From contig NC_087436.1 of assembly GCF_036321535.1 (NCBI RefSeq), forward strand, positions 15,624,001 through 15,688,000: a stretch of 64,000 nt of DNA, in the 5' to 3' direction. The position numbers were made by a program, and so were the translations under genes. The notes under the pieces were generated by a model that made no database searches, was not told the DNA's origin, and saw only the letters and a program-made list of their open reading frames with translations. The stretch is from Camelus dromedarius (Eukaryota). Shown in pieces: positions 44,036 to 57,125 of this stretch (positions are counted from its first letter, which is position 1; each line of letters begins with the position of its first letter).

Positions 44036-46317
44036 TATGCTGATAGACAGTTCTTGACTTTATCTCAACTGTTTTTTATGACCTGGGAGACACAGAAGCG
44101 AATCCCTTGTGCAGTTTCCTGTGCTTCTTTGTGATCATTGTATTGCCTCCCCTCCCCCCTTAAACAGTGCATTTTTCATTATATGAATATGTTTTTTACT
44201 AATTCTGCGACTCTGAAGTAGTACTTCAAAATGCTTTCATTCCAAATCAAAATTATTTGACAGCTTTTCTAGGTAATGCACAGTCTCTCTTCTCTATTAG
44301 TCAATAACAACCCCCCCCCCCCATAGCCCTTTCTAAAACACACAACACAAAGGCCTGTCCAATTTGCATTGGCGTTGGAGAGGTTTCACACCGGTGTATT
44401 CAATGACAAATCCTTAGACTTACCTACTGTGTGTAGGGTGCTCTGATTACCGGGGTATTGTAAAGCTCTGTCTTAAAGGAGCTTATAGTGGTGGAAGCAT
44501 TAAGGCCTAGATAAAGAGAATTATAACATGGATTAAAAAGTGATTAAGTGCTGACAGGTGATAGGCACTGTGTGCTTTGTGGGGCGGGTGGAGGAGAAGC
44601 TTTATTTCTGAATATGGGAAACAAATAAGGCTTCAAAGCAGACATGTTCCTCTCACCCAGAGGTCCTGGGTGTGTGTGGTACTGTGAAGAGTCATAACTG
44701 AGCACTTTAGAGGCATTCCATGTGGCTGAAGAGCAGAACAGGACCACTAGGCATTCTTCTGGTTGGTGTTCCGTAGCCTTTTGAAGCAGGTTGTGTGGAT
44801 GGCACTCTGTTAATAAAGTGGAGAGGAAGGAGACGGGGTAGGCTTGAACTTGCAAGAAGAATGCATTCTCTGCCCCTAGGTAAGGTGACGTGGCAAGGCC
44901 TGGAGGCGGCTTTACCTTTTCTTGATTACAAGAAAAAAGTTTTTCATTATTCCAGATTAGAGACCAAGACTGCCCCACTGTGGATAAAAATCTGTTTGAA
45001 GACTGAGATCAGAAAAATCCTCAACTATGTAGGAAAGGTTTGCACATCAGAGTGAGGTGCCTGGTGTTTGGAAAAATGTGATCTTCCCTTTGTTTCCTGC
45101 TTCCCCAGATAAAGAACTCTTGGTTACAGTGGTCTCTGATGTTTGCTCATTTTGCAGTCAGTTCTACAAAGGTACAACTTTACTGTGACATCTGCAAATT
45201 CATGCCGAAGTAAAGGAAGAGGAGACAGACAGTAAGAATGGGCCTTTTGCTGTTTACGGAGGGTAAAAATATCATCTTTATTTTTACCTTAACAACTGAA
45301 AAAGCAGCCTGTGGTTAGAGATGTTGTCTGTCTTTTGCCACCTAAAATAATACTTTAAATCTTTGTTTTCTGGATTCTTGTAAAAGAAATCCATTGTATT
45401 TAAAATATGGAGGCAGATATTTGTAATGTATTTGGTTAATTTTTTTATATCACCCACTCATCCTACTCAGGAAATTCATGTTAGAGTTGTTGAGTCTCAG
45501 AAAATGACTGTGAGGGCTTAACACCCTCAGCATGAACTAGGAACGGAAAAGACTTCAAGGGACGAGAGGGATGGCGCCCTGTGGTTGGTACAGGTTTCCA
45601 TCCGGAAGGAACTACCTCTGTCTGCCTTTTAGTTCCCTTTCTCCCTTCTGCTGCTTACTTTTAGGGCTTATTTATCACTTCTGTCAGAGGCTGCAATGGG
45701 AAAATTTTTAAAAAGTGAAAATCGTATTTATTAATTTTTCACAGTAGCCCTCTGTTCAAAAGGAAGGGGAAGGGAAAGAGGCTGGAGCCATTGGATAAGG
45801 AAAGATTTGGACTGTCCACTTGACCAGAAATAAGCAAGAAAAAAATATCCTACAGAATTAAAAAATCTGTACTGAGCAGAGAATAGTTAACCTTTTAGAT
45901 CATTTTACCCACTGTATTATGAACTCTATGAATATTCTGTACCCCTCATATTATCATGATAGTAAACATTTAAGAGCGTTTATCATGGTCAGCAACCGTT
46001 CTATCCTTCATGTGCATTTGTTTATTTACTCCTTGTTCAGTTTGATGAGGTGGGCACTACTACTACGTATCCCCTTTAAGACATGTGGATGCTGAGGTTT
46101 ACATGGGCTAAATATCTTACTAAGGTCATTGAGGTAATTAATAAACAGTGGAGCAAGAACTCAAAACAAGGCCTGTCTGACCTAGAGTTCCTGCTCTTAG
46201 CCTGCATCTAGGTTGTCATCCTGAAATAGCAAATGACTTCCCACTATGGGGGTGACCAAGGAGTAGAGACATGGAGGCACTGCATGCACTCACCTCCCTG
46301 GTGGGACCTGTAATTCT

Positions 46318-47050
46318 TTTTTTTTTAATTGAAGTATAGTTGATTTACAGTGTTGTGTTGTGTTAGTTTCAGGTGTACAGCAAAGTGGTTCACTTTTATG
46401 TAAATATGTGTGTGTGTGTGTGTGTATTCTTTTTCAGGATCTTTTCCATTATAGGTTATTACAAGGTATTGAATATAGTTCCCTGTGCTGTATAATAGGC
46501 CCCTGTTGGTTATATATTTTATATATTTCAATCCCAAACTCCTAATTTACCCCTCTGCCCTTTCTCCTTTGGTAACGATATGTTTCTTTTCTATGTTTGT
46601 GAGTCTCTGTTTTGTAAATAAGTTCATTTGTATCATTTTTTTAGATTCCGTATATAAGTGATATCGTAAGATACTTGTCTTTCTCTGTCTAACTTACTTC
46701 ACTTAGTATGAGAATCTCCAGGTTAATCCATGTTGCTGTAAATAGCATTATTTCATTCCTTCATATGGCTGAGTAATATTCCATTGTTTATGTATACCAC
46801 ATCTTTTTTATCCATTCATCTGTTGATGGGCATTTAGGTTGCTTCCACACCTTAACTATTGTAAATAGTGCTGCTATGAACACTGGGATGAATGTATCTT
46901 TTCAAATTAGAGTTTTCTTAGGATACATGCCCAGGAGTGGGATTGCTGATCATGTGGTAAATCTGTTTTTAGTTTTTCAAGGGGCCTCCATACTTTTCTC
47001 CATAGTAGCTGCACCAATTTACATTCCCACCAACAGTGTAGGAGGGGTGG
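46318..47050 (-). mobile_element. 5'-truncated L1 3' end with TSD
   Basis: TSD ACCTGTAATTCT on both sides (about 46306-46317 and 47052-47063); poly(T) at the left end. Confidence 0.9.
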
Positions 47051-47443
47051 AACCTGTAATTCTAAGATGCACTAATTAACCTAAATAATGCAGAATCAAA
47101 GATAAATCTGTGATAAGATTAAAGAAAGTACACATTTAATATAATCTTCAAAGATCAGGGTTTGACCTGAATGGTTTGGGAGATTTGTTCATGTTACTCC
47201 CTCTCCCTTTTGTGTTTGGATACTGTACCTGGCCCTCCATCAGTTGGAGTTCAGTTCATTAGAGAAGTGCCATCTACATGTCAGGCATGGTGCTGGACAT
47301 GGAGATGTAAATACTAGCTCTGTAAAGGGACCTTTGGTTTCCAGGGGAATGGATGGTAAAAATGATAAAATTGTTCATGCTAAAGTAACCGATATTGAGT
47401 CTGATTTTGTAAGAAATGTTTCATCCTCAAATTAGTTTGGGAA

Positions 47444-49530
47444 GTATACAAAGAACTTATACCAATCCTTCTCAAACTCTTCCAAAAGACTGAAGGAGAG
47501 AGAAGACTCTCAAACTCATTCTATGAAGCTACCTACCATCACCCTGATACCAAAACCGGACAAAGACACTACCAAAAAAGAAAGTTATAAGCCAATATCT
47601 TTGATAAATATAGATGCAAAAATTCTCAACAAAATATTAGCACCAAATCCAACAACACATAAAAAAGATCATGCACTATTACCAAGTTGGATTCATCCCA
47701 GGGTCACAAGGATGGTTCAGCATATGTAAATCAGTCAATGTGATATTCCACATCAACAAAAAAAAAAGGGCAAAAACCACATGTTCATGTCCATAGATGC
47801 AGAAAAAGCATTTGATACAATTCAACATCTATTCATAGTGAAAACTCTTACCATAGTAGGTACTGAGGGAACATATCTCATCATAATAAAAGATATTTAT
47901 GATAGACCCACAGCCAATATAATATTCAGTGGTGAAAAGTTGAAATCCGTCTCTCTAAAATCTGGAACAGAAGGATGCCCACTCTCACCACTTCTTTTCA
48001 ACATAGTATTAGAAGTCCTCACCACAGCAATCAGACAAGAAAAAGAAATTAAAGGGATCCAAATTGGAAGAGAAGCGGTAAAATTATCAATGTATGCAGA
48101 TGACATGATACTGTACATAGAAAACCCTAAAGACTCCACACAAAACCACTAGCACTCATAAACAAATTTAGCAAGGTAGCAGGGTATAAGATTAACATAC
48201 AGAAATCAGTTGCATTTCTTTATACTAACAACGAAATATCAGAAAAGTGGTGTTGGGAAAGCTGGATAGCCACATGTAAGTCAATTAAGTTAGAACATTC
48301 CCTCCATACACAAAAATTAAATCAAGATGGCTTAAAGCATAAGACAGGACACCATACATCTAGCAGAGAGCATAGACAAAACATTCTCTGACATAAATCA
48401 TAGCAGTGTTTTCCTGGATTAGTCTCCCAAGGCAATAGAAATAAAAGCAAAACTAAACAAATGGGACCTAATTAAGCTTATAAGCTTTTGCACAGCTAAG
48501 GAAACCATAAACAAAATGAAAATATGGACTGGGAGAAAATATCTATAAACAATATGACTGACACTAGCTTAATTTCCAGAATATATAAACAGTTCTTAAA
48601 ACTCAGAATCAAAAAAACAACCCAATGAAAGAACGAGCAGAAAACCTAAATAGACATTTCTCCAATGAAGACATACAGATGGACAACAAGCACGTGAAAA
48701 GATGCTCAGTATCACTAATTATCAGAGAAATGCAAATCAAAAACTACAATGAAGTATCACCCCACACCAGTCAGAATGTCCATCATTAAAAAGTTCACAA
48801 ACAGTAAATGCTGGAGAGGGTGTGGAGAAAGGGAACCCTCCTACATGGTTGGTAGGAATGTAATTTGGTGCGGCCACTATGTAAAACAGTATGGAGATTC
48901 CTTAAAAAACTAAAAATAGAGTGACCATATGATCCAGCAATCCCACTCCTGGATATATATCCAGAGAAAACTCTAATAGATTTATGCACTCCAGTGTTTA
49001 TAGCAGCACTGTTTACAATAACTAAGATGTGGAAGCAACCTAAATGTCCACCAACAGACGAATGGATAAAGAAGATGTAGTATATGTATGCAATGACCTA
49101 CTAGTCAACCATAAAAAGGAATGAAATAATGCCATTTACAGCAACATGGATGAACTAGAGATTCTCATACTGAGTGAAGTAAGTCAGAAAGAGAAAGACA
49201 AGTATCATGATAGCACTTACATGTTGAATCTAAAAAAAAATGATACAAATGAACTTATTTACAAAACAGAGACTCACAGACATAGAAAACAAATGTATAG
49301 TTACCAAAGGAGAAAGGGCAGAGGGATAAATTAGGAGTTTGGGATTAGTAGATATAAACTACTATAAATAAAATAGATAAACAAGGTCCTACTATATAGC
49401 ACAGGGAACTATATTCAATATCTTGTAATACCCTATAATGAAAAAGAATATATATATATATGGTAACTGAATCACTATGCTGTACACCAGAAACTAGTAC
49501 AACATAGTAAATCAAGTTTAGTTTAAAAAA
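47444..49530 (+). mobile_element. L1 ORF2 (RT) plus 3'UTR, 5'-truncated with an internal deletion near 48246
   Basis: RT motifs [45 protein letters not shown](G/A)GAA on both sides. Confidence 0.92.
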
Positions 49531-49566
49531 AATTAGTTTGAGAAATGCTAGTTAAAGTTACACAAA

Positions 49567-49825
49567 TTTTTTTAAATTGAAGTGTAATTGATTTACAATG
49601 TTGTGTTAGTTTCTGGTGTGCAGCACAGTGACTCAGTTATACATATATATTCTTTTTCATATTCTTTTTCATTATAGGTTATTACAAGTTATTGAATACA
49701 GTGCCCTGTGCTATACAGTAGGACCTTGTTGTTTATCTATTCTGTATATCATAGTTTGTTATCAGCTAATCCTAAACTCCCAGTTTATCCCTCCCCACCC
49801 TTCCCCTTTGGTGATCATAAGTTTT
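49567..49825 (-). mobile_element. Short L1 3' end, tail-to-tail with the preceding L1
   Basis: Reverse complement resembles 49300-49530. Confidence 0.85.
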
Positions 49826-51003
49826 AAACTGATGTTTTCATTGCAAGATTTCTTAGAGCTTTTAAGCTAATATACTTTTAAGCTAATATACTAATATACT
49901 TTGAGACTATCCCAGAGGTTTTTACAATTGGGAAAACACTGAAAGCAGTCTCTGTTTTGGGGTCACTTTTTAGGCTACCTTTCTTGTAGCATATCTTATT
50001 CCAGGTGAAATTATGACTCCTTTAGAAAAACCTTTAGGATTGGCCTAATATTTTGAATATGGGTCTAATATTTTTGATTTGGCAATTGAAGGAATAGAGA
50101 TTTATATATAACTAAAAAGTCTTTTTATTTCTTCTTAAGTCACAAGTTTCACTTGCTGAAAAGAAGTGAGATTTTTGTAACAGGAAGAGTTATGAAAGTA
50201 ATTGTTAAGAGAATCACTAGGGAGCTTGAGGTGGGAGCAGCAAGGAAGTTTGATGACACCTTGCCGCTAAGCCTACTTCTGTTTCTGCTCCCCTCATCAC
50301 CTCGCCTCCTGGGACGTGAGTGGCACTGATGAAATGTCCATCTTCCTAAAGTCTCTACCAAATTCACTTTGGGGTGTAAAGGAGCATTATAGGTGGTGGT
50401 TCTGATTTTTCATCTCTGAAACTAACCTTAAAAACTCAACTCATAAAAAGCCTGTTTTAATAGTGAGTTGAACTCAAAAATCAAAATGATTCAGTTGAAC
50501 CATTTTAAAGAAGAGTTATTTAAAAAGAAGTACTAGCCATTGCTAAATAGCGGATTCTTATTCCAGTTCAAATATGCTGTAATTTTTTCTCCTGTGTGTA
50601 GTTCCGTTGGGTGAGAGCTACTCTGAGACAGAAGAATAGACCAAATGTGGGTCATTTTAGGGCAAAGGTGCCTTTTAAATACTAAGGTGTTTATAAAAAG
50701 TAAAAATGTATGGGAATTCTTAGGAAGACTTTTTTTTTTTTTTTTAGCAATATCAGATATATCAGTGAACCAACTTACAGCCTAAAGGATGCAGGGCAGA
50801 AAAGGGAATGGGAGGGCATTGGCTATCACCATTATCAACAGACACTTGCAGAGGGCTGACTGTGAAGCAGAATCTAAGACAGAGTCCTGCCGTCATCAGT
50901 GATTAGTAAGGGGATAGGCACACGCTTAAAACTTTAAATAATAATGCAATACTGTGCTAAATGTCAAGTGAATGGTACAGATAGCATGAGAGTTCAGACA
51001 GGA

Positions 51004-51472
51004 TGTGGTAGGCAGAATAATGCTCCCCACTCAGAGAAGTCATGTCCTACCCCTGGAACCTGTGAACACGTTACACTGAATGGCAAAGAGCAATTAAGTT
51101 TCCTCATCACCTGACCTTGACATAACATTGTTTTGGATTATCCTGTCAAGCCCAGGGTATTCATAAGGCCCCTCTAAAGTGGAAGAGGAGAGCAGGAGAG
51201 GAGGTCAGAGTCAGATTTAAAGACGCTGCATTGTTGGAGGAAGGGGCCACAGCCAAGGAATGCAGGGACCTCGGGAAGCTGGAAAGGGCAAGGAAACTGA
51301 TTCTCTCCTTGAGCCTCCAGAAGGAATGTAGCTGTGTGCACACCTTGATTTTAGCCTAGTCATCACCTGTTTCGACTTCTCACCTCTAGAACTGTAAGAT
51401 AATACATTTTTGTTGTTTTAAGCCACAAAGTTTGAGGGAATTTGTTACAGCAATGATAAAAAAAAAAAATAC
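51004..51472 (+). mobile_element. MLT1D-like MaLR solo LTR
   Basis: tgtggtaggcagaataatg...gttgttttaagccacaaagtttg...tttgttacagcaa. Confidence 0.85.
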
Positions 51473-53205
51473 AAGAATGTTGAAGAGAAAGAGGAATCAG
51501 GGGTGGTTTCACAAAGAAGGTGGTTCTTGAGCCAGACATTAATGAATAATAATAATAAGAGCAGTGGTAACAGAATTAGAGTCGTAAAATGTGTGTTCCA
51601 GGTACTGAGCTAAGTTCTTAATACCCTTTAATTCATTTGTCCTCACAAAAACGCTATGAAGATAGGATGAGATAACTGAGGTTTAGAGAGGCTGAGGAAC
51701 CTGTGTGACCACTGCCGTGCAGCACCAGTCACTGCACCTAGTTAACAGCTGGCCTTCTAACGCCGTGATGGCGTTACTGCAGTTACTGAGGGAGGATGGC
51801 ATTGTCGTCACCTCATGGAATCATCTCAGGGTCTGTGGCATGTAGTGATTTGTAGTTTTTCTGAGGCATGGACTTATCTGTCCAGCAATATGGCTGAATT
51901 GGAGGGGAAGAGACAGGAACCAGAAAACCAGGTGAGACACAACCATCCAGACAAGTGCCGATCAGAGCCTAAAATACCAGGAAAGGCAGTGGGCACGGGG
52001 TGGAGGAAACAGACTCCAGACACAGTCTGCTTCTTTTATGAAACAGAACTCCTGTGTTGAAAAAACTTCCCTTCTCTCTCTAATTTCCCCCTCCCTGTGA
52101 TGAGGGTGCTGCATTTTAACGAGTTGAGGCCCTTTATAATTAGAATTAATGAAAGGCGTCAGCACTGACGGTGCTGTAGACCAGACTTTTCCACATACCC
52201 ACAGAAGCACAGGCAGCGCTCACATAAATGTCTCTCTCATCTGCCTCTCTGCTCTCCTGTACTGTAACTCGCAGAAGTTGACTTTCATTTCTGGGTGTTT
52301 TAGACAGAGAGCAGAGTAACTTTCTTACTTAAGTTCAACAACAAAAATATGTTTATTGAAAACCTACCATTTAAAGAAGAAATATTCTAGTCATTGTGGG
52401 AGTCTCAAAAGTGGCTAAAAGTCAGTTTGGAAACACACCTGAAGGAGAGTGGTGAAATGGAATTGGAAGGAGGAGGTGAGTAGGTATCAGCTGGTGTCAG
52501 TGATTTGTGAAACGAATGCTGGGTTCTTTTCAAGGGGACATATTTGCTGTTTTCTCTGCCTGCATGTAAGAACCATTTAAAGATTTTAAAAAATCCTCTG
52601 AAACTCTCATCTCAGATATGTAAAATTCCTTCTGCTTTCTATTTGAGTAGAACCAGTTCTGCCATCATTTAAAGAGTCGTTAAAGTAAGATCTGTGAACT
52701 CTGAATATCTTCTGTCTTCTAGTGGATGGAATCATTGTTTTATTTATCCTGCTTATCATAAGTAAAGAGGTAATGACATTGTTGCTGCAAAGAGTTCTTC
52801 AGAATGTGTGGATCTTTTAGTTAATACTGAGTGGCATAAAGCATTTGTGTGGGATTGATCATTTTTAAAGAATAACATAAACTATTTGTATATACACCCA
52901 AGCTGGAGTATGTAAGTAATGCTTTGGGGTATGATACGAAATCCATTAATGGGTAATACTCATTCTGAGAAGAGATTTTACTACTTCAGTATGAGGTACA
53001 AGACACATTCCTACTCTGTTGTAAGGGTGTCTATAAATACTGATTCCCATGGACTGAGTCTTCCCACTAATTTCAGAGAATGATTTAGGACCTTTCACTG
53101 TTGACTTGAGTTAGTAGTATAAGTCCCTACTCAGTGGGGGTGATTTTTCTTTCCCATTAAGTGATCAAAGCCAAATTCTCAAAGCCGAATGTCTTACAAT
53201 AGATT

Positions 53206-53348
53206 ATTATTTTTTTTAGTTTTATTTATTTTTACTTTGGGGGGGTTAATTAGGTTTGTTTATTTTTAGAGGAGGTACTGGGGATTGAACCCAGGACCTC
53301 ATGTATGCTAAGCATGGACCCTACCACTTGAGGTATACCCTTCCCCCG
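53206..53348 (-). mobile_element. tRNA-derived SINE (Vic-1-like)
   Basis: Same family; perfect TSD TTACAATAGATT at 53194-53205 and 53351-53362. Confidence 0.88.
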
Positions 53349-55099
53349 GTTTACAATAGATTCTAATGACTTGGCCTTTTTAGTTTTAATCAAAGCAAAA
53401 GATGACATTTGCATTTTTGTCTTCTTCATTTCTAAGTGTTTGTCATATTAGATTCAGAATCACTCTGAATAATAATGTCAGTAGAATCGGTCTAGCCACT
53501 CCCCAAAAACCTGTGAGAACAGGGGCCTGTTTCTACAAAGGTCGTGTACCGCCTAACTGTATAGACACTGGAATCGTGCATGTCTGGATTACTTGGAACC
53601 AGAAGTCATCAGGGCAGGAAAGGTTCCGAAGTTCTCACACAGAGTCACTGACCCATGGTAGCTTCCTGCTGCTCTCCTGTTTCTCGGTGCCCTCGATGTG
53701 CCATGGATTCTCCTTCTGCCCCCCCACCCCCCGCCATGACATTTATGCACATACAGCCCTCAACACCCTGCGCACCAGTTCTGCCTGCTTTCTGCCTTTG
53801 TTCTGCTTGCAGGGTATTCTTCCATTTCCTCAATCAGCTTTATTAACCAGGAGACATGGATGAGTAGGGACAGGGAATGCAAGCTCTCTCTGTGCCTCTT
53901 TCTGTGCCTTTGTGCACATGTGTGATGCAGACCTACAAAAGCAGCAGACTTTCACACAGCCGTCCAGCCATGCTGACCTTCACACTGAGAGTGTCCTGCT
54001 GATCTTTGGGTGACCTCAATCATCAGGTCTGCTTAGTGGGCCCCTGGAGTTGGTGCATTGTTTACAGCAAATGTGCACCATTTGGCAACTAAATTTTAGA
54101 GTTAGGGCATTCTTATTTTTAATAGCTCCTTTCTTCATAGAAATGGTGAGACTTTGGGCTAGTAAGTTATTTGTGTGATTTCTAAGTATGTAAAAATTTG
54201 GGAAGCTTTTGCAAGCTTATTCTCTCCTAATTATTTAAAAATTAGAAGAAACTCTGAAAAAAAAAACTGGGGGGATGTGCCAAAGAGTACTTGATTTGAA
54301 ATAAATAGAATCCATACGCTTAAAGCACCATATACAGTCAAGATGAAATTTCCATGTTTGCTATAGATCTGTTCTCATTTTTCTTAAGGGGATTTTAATC
54401 CAAATGTTTTATTATTGTTGGCAAGATCCAGATCCCAAATCAGCCCTCAGTGCTTTGTTTTGTTCAGTCTTAGCTTTTGGACCAAAATAACTACTTACTA
54501 TTTTGCCAGAAATTCAGCATTACCACTAATGTATTTCTTGACAATTGCACAATAGTCTCGGCTGTCATGAAAATTACTTTGCTTAAATTAAGTATATAAA
54601 AGTATGTGTAGACACACAGATACACAACATACACACACTACATATTTCCATGTTTTCAAGCTAAAAGATGGCTTGTGGCACAATGTGAAGTCCAATTAAT
54701 TGTATACTTTGAGAAAAAAGATCAAGCCAAAAGCATGTTATTTTCATTTTCTCTCTATTGCCAGGAGCTAGGGGATGGGGAAAATTGTGAATAATTGGTA
54801 ATTTACCCTTACCCTCAAATTATCAAATATATGGGTCATAGCAGTAACATGTTATAAACACTGTGTGCGCATATTTACATGGAAATGTAACACATACAAC
54901 CCTAAGAGTGAATTTGGGAGAAAATGTTTAAACTATCCTCCAACAGATTATCAAGTTATTGTCTTGGATTTTAATTACTTCTTAATAGAGAAGCACAGTG
55001 GGGAGACATTTGTATTTCACTAGAGCAGAAAGTATTAAAATGACTGTAGTTTCCTGTTTTAACCAAGAAAGAAGGAGAGCTATGAGCCATTCCCTTCCT

Positions 55100-55358
55100 G
55101 AGTGGCCGCATTCCAGCTGTGCAGACTGGTCGTAGCACATCTGCCAATCAGAACAGGCCCTGGAAGGAAGCCCTCAGATGCCGAGTCTTGTTTACATGCA
55201 CTGTGACTCTGTTTCTCCCCTCCTCCTGTGTCTTGTATGACTGGGAAGATTTGTAAGGGAACTCGCTGTTATGTGCCTAAAGAAAACTGTTCAAAACTAG
55301 GACCACAGCCACATCCAATGGTATTACTGGCAGACTTTTAGCTCATCTGTATCCACAG
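55100..55358 (+). promoter_or_regulatory. SH3D19: Probable internal promoter and alternative (likely non-coding) first exon of SH3D19
   Basis: Repeat-free block with GCATTCC (TEAD-like, 55108), CCAAT (55144) and TGTTTAC (FOX-like, 55189), ending in a near-consensus donor CAG|GTAAGA at 55358/55359, 1.7 kb upstream of the 57086 exon. Confidence 0.5.
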
Positions 55359-56307
55359 GTAAGAGTTGCTTTGTTATGAGGACAGCTGATCTGCATCTAG
55401 TTTTTAGCTTTACTTTGGGACATTATACTTAACTTTTGATAGCAAAACTAACAGGCTAAAAGCTGAAGAAGAACAATTGAAAAAAATGATTAAAATGTGC
55501 ATTCTATTGCTGACTTGAAATTTTTAGTCCTCAACAAGTGAAAAAACATATTTTTATTTAAGGGAAGGGTAAAACCAAGTTAAATTAAAACGAAAGTTTT
55601 AAAAGCGGCAGTAACACTAAGTCACTGTGTAGAGAAATTGGAACCAGAAGCATATTGTTAACATTGTGTGTTTTGAAGAGCATTATATCTAAACAAATAT
55701 TTTTATTGTGACTCTTCTTACTTATTAGTGTTTCAGAGAACAGTGTCTTCCTGTCTGCTCTTTGTTTTAAAAAGACATTTCTTTTTTATTATGAACCCAT
55801 TCAGAGAGAATTTATATTTAACCACGTAAATCTGATTCCTTTTCTTCCATAAATTCTCTCTAGATATTGTAGAGAATGTTTTCATTATCTTTATGCTGCT
55901 CCATCAGCAATAAAATTAAGAAGAAAAAAAGAATTCCTGTCTAATCTTTGTTTTGCCATTAAATTATATCATGTTAGTATTAATTCAGAAGATACTTTAG
56001 AAAATGAAACTTTGTTAACATTGCATAGGATTTTAAAAAGTCATTGTATAGGAATTTATTGTGGCTTACACGTTGCTTTCTGTTGCTAGTTTTTTCATAG
56101 CACTAAGATCTTTTTACTTTATATTTGTTTATAAGCATGTACTGAAAAAAAAATTATTACTCAGAGTCAAAAAAAGATAGCCTTTGGGTTTTGTGGTCTT
56201 TTGTCTTGTATGTAGAAGTCTTCAGTTTGATTAACAGCATTTCACAGCAGTCCAAAGAGGCACTTTTAAGAGCTTCAAGCAGCCATGCTCTTGTCTCTTA
56301 CCCCGTT

Positions 56308-56519
56308 GCAGGGTTTCTTAACTTCAGCACTGTTGACATTTTGGGTGAGATAATTCTTTGTTGCAGGGTGCATGTGGGACGGCAGCAGCATCCCTGGTCT
56401 TACCCACTGGATGCCAGTAGCTCCTTCCTCCCCAGTTGTGACAACCAGAATGTCTCCAGGCATTGCCAGATGTCCCCTCGTGGAGAGAGAGCAAAATTGC
56501 CCATGGTTGAGAACCACTG
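56308..56519 (+). mobile_element. MER20 DNA transposon
   Basis: cagggtttcttaacttcagcactgttgacattttggg...ggttgagaaccactg. Confidence 0.85.
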
Positions 56520-57085
56520 TTAGCACGTCAGGCCTAATTATCTGTGAAACATGGAAATGCAACTTCTGAGAAGTTCTGGGTGATAGAGAGTTAAGGATGA
56601 GGCTGTCCTGGTCTCAGTGTATTTGCAGATGTTGCTGTAGCTGACTGCCCATTTTTTTCCCCTCCCCATCCTGTTAGAAGCTTTTGCCAACCATGATTCA
56701 TGGAATGATTTTTTCGAGCTGAGTAATTTGTGGCTTTTCAGTTCCCTTACTTTCTTTCCTTAGCTAAATTTGTTTTGGTTTTAGCAAAGTGTTTTAAACA
56801 GCAAAGATCTTTGAAAATGAAATAATACATGTAATGATATATTTTCTAAGTAGATGATTTTCACAAACTGTAAAAACTTTACATGCCTGTCCTTCTTTAT
56901 ATCTTTTCTACCTCCTCTATCAGACACATCCTCTCAGCTCTGAAGGAGAGCCTTATACATGGAAGTCACAGCAACCTTTGAACAGTCCTTTGTGAATCTA
57001 ATGGTATGGCAGCTGGTGCTTAAGAATTTCTTTTCTAGGACTTCTAAAGAGCATTTTGACATGTAACTGTCTTCTCTCTTTACAG

Positions 57086-57125
57086 ATCGAAACGAACGAA
57101 ATAAACCAGAGCATCGTTCTTCAAG
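57086..57125 (+). CDS. SH3D19: SH3 domain-containing protein 19, internal 40-nt exon of the long isoform
   Basis: cttctctctttacAG|ATCGAAACGAACGAAATAAACCAGAGCATCGTTCTTCAAG|GTATGA translates (phase 1) as DRNERNKPEHRSSS, matching the SH3D19 long N-terminus as I recall it. Consistent with PRSS48 being nested antisense in SH3D19. Confidence 0.85.

Noticed and set aside
49858..49900. Small tandem duplication (TTTAAGCTAATATAC twice), plus homopolymer runs at 8130-8145 (G) and 44311-44322 (C)
   Set aside because: Ordinary slippage products; no array or spacer structure, so not CRISPR-like
53402..53863. 153-aa + strand ORF
   Set aside because: No domain, splice structure or match to SH3D19; probably chance
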